A stretch of 55,817 nt of DNA, the filler included, from Scyliorhinus canicula (Eukaryota): assembly GCF_902713615.1 (NCBI RefSeq). It is 2 parts of 2 records of this genome, joined end to end, with 100 filler letters (N's around TTAATTAATTAA, not from the genome) between each part and the next. Parts side by side here need not be neighbours in the genome. Positions count along the whole stretch, not along the records: positions 29,137 to 55,817 come from NC_052162.1; 1 more part is not named here. One strand, 5' to 3'. This document shows, in pieces, positions 49,460-55,817 of the stretch. Under the pieces are notes generated by a model. The model was not told the origin of the DNA. It saw nothing but the letters and a program-made list of their open reading frames with translations, and made no database searches. Numbering within the stretch: the first letter of the stretch is position 1; every line of letters begins with the position of its first letter. A program made the translations under genes and the position numbers.

Positions 49460-50662
49460 CTACACATCTTTGGATGCTAACGACAAGTTAGCACGGTCAA
49501 TCCATGTAATTTACATATCTTTCGATACTAAGGTACAATTTAGCATGGTCAATCCATGTAACCTACACATATTTGGACACGAATAAACAATTTAGCATGG
49601 TCAATCCATGTAACCGACACATCTTTGGACACTAAGGAACAATTTAGCATGGTCAATCCACGTAACCTACACATCCTTGGACACTAACGGACAATTTAGC
49701 GTAGTCAATCCATGTATCCTACACATATTTGGACACATAAGGAATAGTTTAGCATGGTCAATCCATGTAACGTACCCATCTTTGGACACATAAGGAATAG
49801 TTTAGCATGGTCAATCCATGTAACGTGCCCATCCTTGGACACTTAAGGAATAGTTTAGCATGGTCAATCCATGTCACCTACACACATACATAGAACATAG
49901 AACAGTACAGCACAGAACAGGCCCTTCGGCCCTCGATGTTGTGCCGAGCAATGATCACCCTACTCAAACCCACGTATCCACCCTATACCATACAACCCCC
50001 CCTTAACCTTACTTTTTAGGACAATTTAGCATGGTCAATCCACCTAACCCGCACATCTTTGGACTGTGGGAGGAAACCGGAGCACCCGGAGGAAACCCAC
50101 GCACACACGGGGAGGACGTGCAGACTCCACACAGACAGTGACCCAGCCGGGAATCGAACCTTGGACCCTGGAGCTGTGAAGCATTTATGCTAACTACCGT
50201 GCTACCGTGCTACACCTTTGGACACTAAGGGACAATTTGACATGGTCAATCCATGTAACCTACACTTCCTTGGAAAACTAAGAGATGACGTAGCATGGTC
50301 AATCGATGTAATCTACACAGTCTTGGACATGAAGACAATATGGCATGTTCAAGCCATTTAACCTATGCATCTTTGGACACTGAGGGACAATTTAGCATGA
50401 TCAATCCCTGCAAACTATACATCCTTGGACATTAATGGACAATTTTTCATGGTCAATCCATGTAACTTGCACATCTTTGGACACTAAGGGCCAATTTTTC
50501 ATGGTCAATCCATGTAACTTACACATCTTTGGACACTAAGGGACAATTTAGCATGGTTAATCCATGTAATTTACACATCTTTGGACACTAAGGGACAATT
50601 TAGCATGGTCAATCCATGTAACGAACACAACCTTGGACACTAAGGGATAATTTAGCATGGTC
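49460..50662. repeat. ~52-bp minisatellite (~17 units) derived from V-SINE internal sequence, split by a full V-SINE at 49889-50212 (-)
   Basis: Unit caatttagcatggtcaatccatgtaacctacacatctttggacactaaggga versus the SINE's caatttagcatggtcaatccacctaacccgcacatctttggac at ~50022-50063. Confidence 0.92.
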
Positions 50663-50669
50663 AGAATTC

Positions 50670-52197
50670 AGGGGCATGTATTTGAAAGACAGTGGGTGTG
50701 ACTGGGCTGCCGGTCCTGACACTGGCTGGGCCGGCTGGTGTGGGTGGCTCCTGCCTTGGTCGGCAGGGAGGAGTGGCGGTAGGACGGGTGTGGGGCCGGG
50801 CGACCCCCCCCCTACGGGATTGACGCGGTGCCCAGGATCAGACCATCATTCCCGTGGCCTGCAAGGCAGCCATCTTGCCGCACATCCCATTGACCACCTA
50901 TCTTGACCCCTGGTTCTGCAGGATGACACCGGTCGTATGGGTACCCCCACCCCACCAACCCCGCATCCCCGCCTCCACCCAACCACCCATGTACCCCAGT
51001 CCCCAACACTACACCCACCCTCCGCCATACCTCTCCCCCCCCCCCCCAACTGGCCACCACCGACGGGCAGGGCATCACGCAGCCTGCCCAAGGGCAATGG
51101 CCACAGTATCCCCGACAGGGCGGTATGGACCTGGGCCACAGAGACTGCTGGTGGCCAATGTCAGCCATGGCCCACTGTGACTGGACCATGCTTCGGAGCG
51201 CCGCTGCAATGCCCAGCTGGCTCTGACACATGGCTGCCTGTGAGAGGGCAGCCCTGGGTCCTGAGCCTCGGTCATTGCCTGCACAGAGTGCCCCAGACCT
51301 TGGACTGGCCTTGATCCATGGCAGAAACCCTCACCCTGAGGCATCCACGTGCGGTGTTGGCCTGGGTGGCACACATGGTCGGCACCACCTCCGGCTGCTG
51401 CACGTGGTTGGATTCCTCCAACTGCACCAGCAGGTGTTGGATTTTCGCCGACAACCCCTCGTGTTGTCCTTGGCTGTGTGACTGCATCTCCTCAATCGAG
51501 CTGACCGTCCGTTCCAGAAGCCTGAAACCCGTCTGCAGGGCAGCTAGTCCCTGGGGTCGGCCTGCCCTCCGACCGCCCGCCCCCTGGGGAGCGCCTCCCT
51601 CCACCTGCTGAACTGGAGGATGTGTGGTGCTCACCAGATAGTGTCCCAGGAGCCTGTTCACCAACCGAGGTGAGTGTCTCTGGGAAGGTGGAGGGTGTTG
51701 GAGACGCTGTGACAGGAAGTCAGTGTCATCCTTGGACTCGAGCCCCGGGGTGTCCTGTGGGGGTGAGGGTGGTGTGGGGGTGAGGGTGGTGTGGGGGTGA
51801 GGGTGGTGTGGGGGTGAGGGATATGTGGGGGTGAGGGTGGTGTGGGGTGAGGGATGTGTGGGGGTGAGGGTGTGAGGATGGTGTGGGGATGATGGTGGTG
51901 TGGGTGTGAGGGATGTCTGGGGGTGAGGGATGTGTGGGGGATGCATGGCCCGCTGTACGTTCGCCAACATGTTTCTCTGCGCCGGTGCGGAGACGGCAAC
52001 AACGCGCATGCGTGGACCTGCGCCGGCCGTGCAGGGCTGCCTTTCGGCGCCGGAGCCACGCGCAGCACTCCGGCGCCGTGCTAACCCCATGAACAGCGGT
52101 GAATTGCTGGGCCAGGAGGTCCCTTGATGCCGGCGTACACCACTCAGGTGTTTACGGCGGCGTCAACACTTGGCCGGGATTTCGGAGAATCCCAGCC
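50670..52197 (-). mobile_element. Second Harbinger copy: second-ORF remnant and right TIR
   Basis: 51316-51490 is paralogous to 48957-49146; right TIR GGAGAATCCCAGCC at 52184-52197; internal GGTGTGGGGGTGAGG repeats at ~51765-51930. Confidence 0.82.
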
Positions 52198-52199
52198 CC

Positions 52200-52450
52200 G
52201 GTCTCACCTCCACCTGCAAGCTCCCGTTCAAGCCACACTCCACCCTGACTGGGAAATATATCTCCATTTCTTCCCTGTCATTTGGGACAAAATCCTGGAC
52301 CACCCTCCCTAACAGCACAGTGGGTGTACCTACACCACACCGACTGCAGCGGTTCAAGAAGGCAGCACTCCACCATGTTCTCTTGACAATTCCGATGGGT
52401 AATAAATGCCGGCCTAGCCGGTGATGCACATATCCCGTGAATTAACTTTT
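52200..52450 (+). mobile_element. CR1/L2-like LINE 3' tail
   Basis: aaatcctggaccaccctccctaacagcacagtgggtgtacctacaccacaccgactgcagcggttcaagaaggcag. Confidence 0.85.
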
Positions 52451-53064
52451 AAAAATTATATATTATTTTGGACAGTTTGGTCAACGTCTTGAAGGAAACA
52501 AATTCTGGTCCCTTTGTTTCTAAACTCATTACAAGGTGTGGTGGGCAATGGGTTAAGGAATGCACAATAACCACAAATCAGTGTTTTATTGTCTTTTAAC
52601 AAACCACATTGCAACTTTATTGACTGGTTTAATTTTATTATAACACGTGTGCAGAAAATTCCATGTTGCCATTAATTATGGATTTTACATTATTGCACAT
52701 CCTCTCTCTCCCTCCCTCTCTCTCTCTCTCCCTCCCTCTCTCTCTCTCCCCCTCTCTCTCTCTCTCTCTCTCCCCCTCCCTCCCTCTCTCTCTCTCCATC
52801 TCCCTATCTGTCCCTCTCTCTCCATCCCTCTTTTCCTCTTTCCCCCTCCCTCTCTCCCTCTCTTTTCCCTCTTTCTCTCTCTCTCCCTCCCTCCCTCTCT
52901 CTCTCTCTCCATCCCTCTATCTCTCCCTCTCTCGCTCTCTCTCCCTCCCTCGCTCTTTCCCTCTTTCTCTGCCTCTTACTCTGAATCCCAGTCCCACTCT
53001 CTGTCCCTCCCTCTCCCCTGCACCTTCCCTTCCTATGTCCCCTTTCCCATCCCACACGGCACAG

Positions 53065-53205
53065 AGACAGAAGCTGGCACTCCCAGGTTGGCTGCACTTT
53101 GTACAAACAGGCTGCCTGGGCCATCGTCTGAAAGGACAGAAGCAAACAGCACAAAACAGGAAGCAGACGACCAGGTTGTTTCTCGTGAGCGATGGAGTAT
53201 GGAAG
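53065..53205 (+). other. Exon-like segment, copy 2 (141 bp); gene unknown
   Basis: Pyrimidine tract ~52700-53050, CAG at 53062-53064, ATG at 53192, donor GGAAG|GTAAAC. Confidence 0.6.
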
Positions 53206-53934
53206 GTAAACATTCATTCATCTCATTCACTGAATTTGTAGGTGGGAGAGTTGTGGGGTGGGAAGGGGCTTCTGATGCTCAGGAACAGATCCTGTTGTCT
53301 GGGAATGAATGCTGTAGCTGCCCCACACACTCACATTGCTGTGATAGAGGGAAGGAGAGTGTCCTAGAGCGGGAGAAAGAGAGAGAATGAGGAGGAGGGA
53401 AAAGAGGGGAGGACTGTGATCTTCTGGAGTGGGGAGAAAGGCGGGAATTAGAGGAAAAGAGATTAAATGGAATTGGGAGAGTGGGAAAGAGAGGGTAAGA
53501 GTGTGTTATACAGTGGGAAAGAGAGAGGAGGAATGAGAGGAATGACAAAGGTGAATAAAGTTGGACTGAGAGAGTAATTAGGGAGAAGTGTAAGTGTGGG
53601 AGAGAGAGAGAGAGAACACAAAAGGAAGGTATTGAATGATGATATTATAGAGTTGAAGAGAGAGTAAGAGGGAATATGTACCCCATTGGATTGCATTAGA
53701 ATTGATACGTTAACAGATTTATTGTCATTTATTTATGACTTTGTGAATTGTATTGTGAATCATTCCCCAGAATCGTTGAAATGTATTCAGTTAAATTCCA
53801 TTGAGATATGGTTCCTGTTTACATTCCTGAAGGGAAGTAGAATTTCCTCAAAAATGGGCTGGGAATTGCCCCCACTATTTGATCTGGGGGATATATTCCA
53901 TGTTTTCGGATCGAGGGCGTATTTGTCCAATAAA

Positions 53935-54005
53935 ACAAAATGAAATGAAAATTATTTATTGTCACAAGTAGGCTTTAAATGAAGTTACTGTGAAAAGCCC
54001 CTAGC
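53935..54005 (-). mobile_element. 3' fragment of the second tRNA-SINE family
   Basis: aaatgaaatgaaa..ttattgtcacaagtaggctttaaatgaagttactgtgaaaagcccctag. Confidence 0.85.
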
Positions 54006-54369
54006 CCCTCGGGGAGGGGAATTTCCTCTCACATGGCTTCTTCTCCCATCAATATCCAGTTCTGGTGACTCTTCCCGATTATCAGGTAAATTCCCCCACT
54101 GCCTGTACTGGGAGTGTGTGTGGTGTTTCCCTCGGGCACAGGGCTGGGAATATTCCCCCGATATCCATCCCTGGGATGGATTCTCCCAAATACTCTATTT
54201 GAAGGGAATTCCCTTGGATAAGGGATTGGTGATCTCCCCAGTATTTTGTCCTGGAGTGTAACTTTCCCAAGGCGAACCTGCGGTGCCGATATTCCCATGT
54301 GTTTGCTGTCCTTCCCATTCTAATAGTGGAGATCGTGGATTTGGAAGGTACTGTCGAAGGTGGGAGATC

Positions 54370-55010
54370 AAGGCGGTTACTCTGGACTGAAAGCTGAAAT
54401 GGAGAAACCAGATAAATACTGTGGCTGCAAGAGCAGGTCCGAGGCTGGGAATTCTGCAACTGGTCAGTCACCTGCCGACTCCCCAGTGCCTTTCCACCAA
54501 CTACAAGGCAGAAGTCAGGAATGTGATGGAATACTCTCCACTTGCCTGAGCAACAGCAACATTCCAGCAGCTTGAGGCCATCCAGGGAACAGCAACCTGA
54601 TTGATTGGCTCCTATCCAGCACTTTAAACATTCACTCCCTCCACCTCCGACATACAGTGACAGCCGTGTGTACCATCTACAAGATGTACCACAGCAACTC
54701 ACCAAGTCTCAGAACGGCACGTTCCAAACCCGTCACCTCTGCCATCTGGAAGGACAAAGGCAGCAGACACATGGTGGGAAGACCATTTGCTGCAAGTTCC
54801 CCTGTACGTCGCTCACCATCCTGACTTGGGAGTAAACGGCAAAGCCATCACTGTCACTGGGTTAGAATCCTGAAACTCCCTCCCCAATCCTTGTGGGAGG
54901 ACCTACACCACATGGACTGAGGCTGTTTAAGAAGGTGAGTCCCCAAAGGGCCGTTAGGGATGGACAATAAATCCTGTCCTTGCCAGCAGCATCCCCAACC
55001 CAGGAATGAA
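54370..55010 (+). mobile_element. CR1/L2-like LINE 3' fragment
   Basis: ctgtggctgcaagagcaggtccgaggctgggaattctg...ggaatactctccacttgcctg...gcaagttcccctgtacgtcgctcaccatcctgacttgg. Confidence 0.87.
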
Positions 55011-55269
55011 TATAAAGAAAGTTGTGACTGGGAATCTCAGCCAATGTCTGGTTCTGAGATATATTTCCCAGGAGCGATACAGGAGAACTTCACTCCCACA
55101 TGGGATGGAGAACTCCCCCTGCCTCCCAATATATTTTCCTGGGATGTATTTATTCAGAATTGCACTGTGGATGAATAAATAAACAAGGAATCTCTCCGAT
55201 ATCTGGTTTTCTGATGTGTTCCTCTAGTGACTGGACTCATGAAATTCCCGCCTGCAAGAGAATCCACAC

Positions 55270-55817
55270 TCTCCCCCCATATCCCCTCTCTCCACCCACC
55301 CCAGCCCGGTCACCACCACAGACCCCCACTCCCTCCACCCCCGACCCCCACTCCCTCCATCCCCGACCTCGACCCTCACTCCCTCCACCCCCGACCCCCA
55401 CTCCCTCCACTCTCACTCCCTCCACCCCCACTCCCTCCACCGCAACCCCTGTCACCACCACCGACCCCCACCCACTCACCCACCTGACTCTCTCTCCCCT
55501 CCATCACGCCCTCTCTCCATCCCTCCCTGTCTCCCTCCCTGTCTCTCTCCCTCCCTCCCTCCCTGCCTCTCTCCCTCCCTCCCGCTCTTCGTCCCTCTCT
55601 TCCTCCATCCCTCTCTCTCTTCGTCCCTCTCTTCCTCCATCCCTCTCTCTCTTCGTCCCTCGTCCCTCTCTCCCTCGTCCCTCTCTCCCTCCCTCCCTCT
55701 CTTCGTCCCTCTCTCCCTCCCTCCCTCTCTTCGTCCCTCTCTCCCTCCCTCCCTCTCTTCGTCCCTCTCTCCCTCCCTCTCTTCGTCCCTCTCTCCCTCC
55801 CTCCCTTCGTCCCTCTC
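55270..55817. repeat. C-rich ~22-bp repeats followed by a (CT)-rich tract running off the window end
   Basis: Direct reading. Confidence 0.9.

Noticed and set aside
49460-50662. CRISPR-like regular repeat array
   Set aside because: Units are contiguous with no unique spacers, derive from a SINE, no cas genes are present, and the DNA is vertebrate.
45600-52130. Many overlapping GC-rich ORFs as novel genes
   Set aside because: They fall inside Harbinger/MITE sequence; the recognisable peptides are transposon remnants and the rest reflect low stop frequency in GC-rich DNA.

Overview
Repeat-dense vertebrate genomic DNA from a cartilaginous fish. A shark is inferred from the IgH cluster architecture and the elasmobranch-type SINE/LINE content; the species cannot be determined from the sequence. 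The draft assembly has three N gaps, one containing an artificial TTAATTAATTAA linker. Recognisable genes: (1) an unrearranged IgM-type heavy-chain cluster on the minus strand (leader-VH-D1-D2-JH, 12352-14107) with all six RSSs readable, a +1 frameshift in the leader exon, and no constant exon found in the 12.3 kb downstream of JH; (2) a frameshifted C2H2 zinc-finger gene (minus, ~25718-26495); (3) an endogenous retrovirus remnant with the integrase C-terminus and a near-complete gamma-type env carrying two in-frame stops (39697-41205). The rest is mostly CR1, L1, Rex/Babar and L2/CR1-like LINE pieces, V-SINEs and a second tRNA-SINE family, a Gypsy LTR fragment, PIF/Harbinger elements and MITEs, and simple repeats. 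Unexplained structure worth follow-up: a tandemly duplicated ~3 kb unit carrying a 141-bp exon-like segment and kB-site-rich downstream DNA; a 134-bp Penelope-like insert with a hammerhead ribozyme core and 13-bp TSD; a triplicated CCAAT/E2F promoter module with no assigned gene; a triplicated block downstream of JH; and a SINE-derived 52-bp minisatellite. Repeat boundaries were read by eye and are approximate unless exact motifs are quoted.
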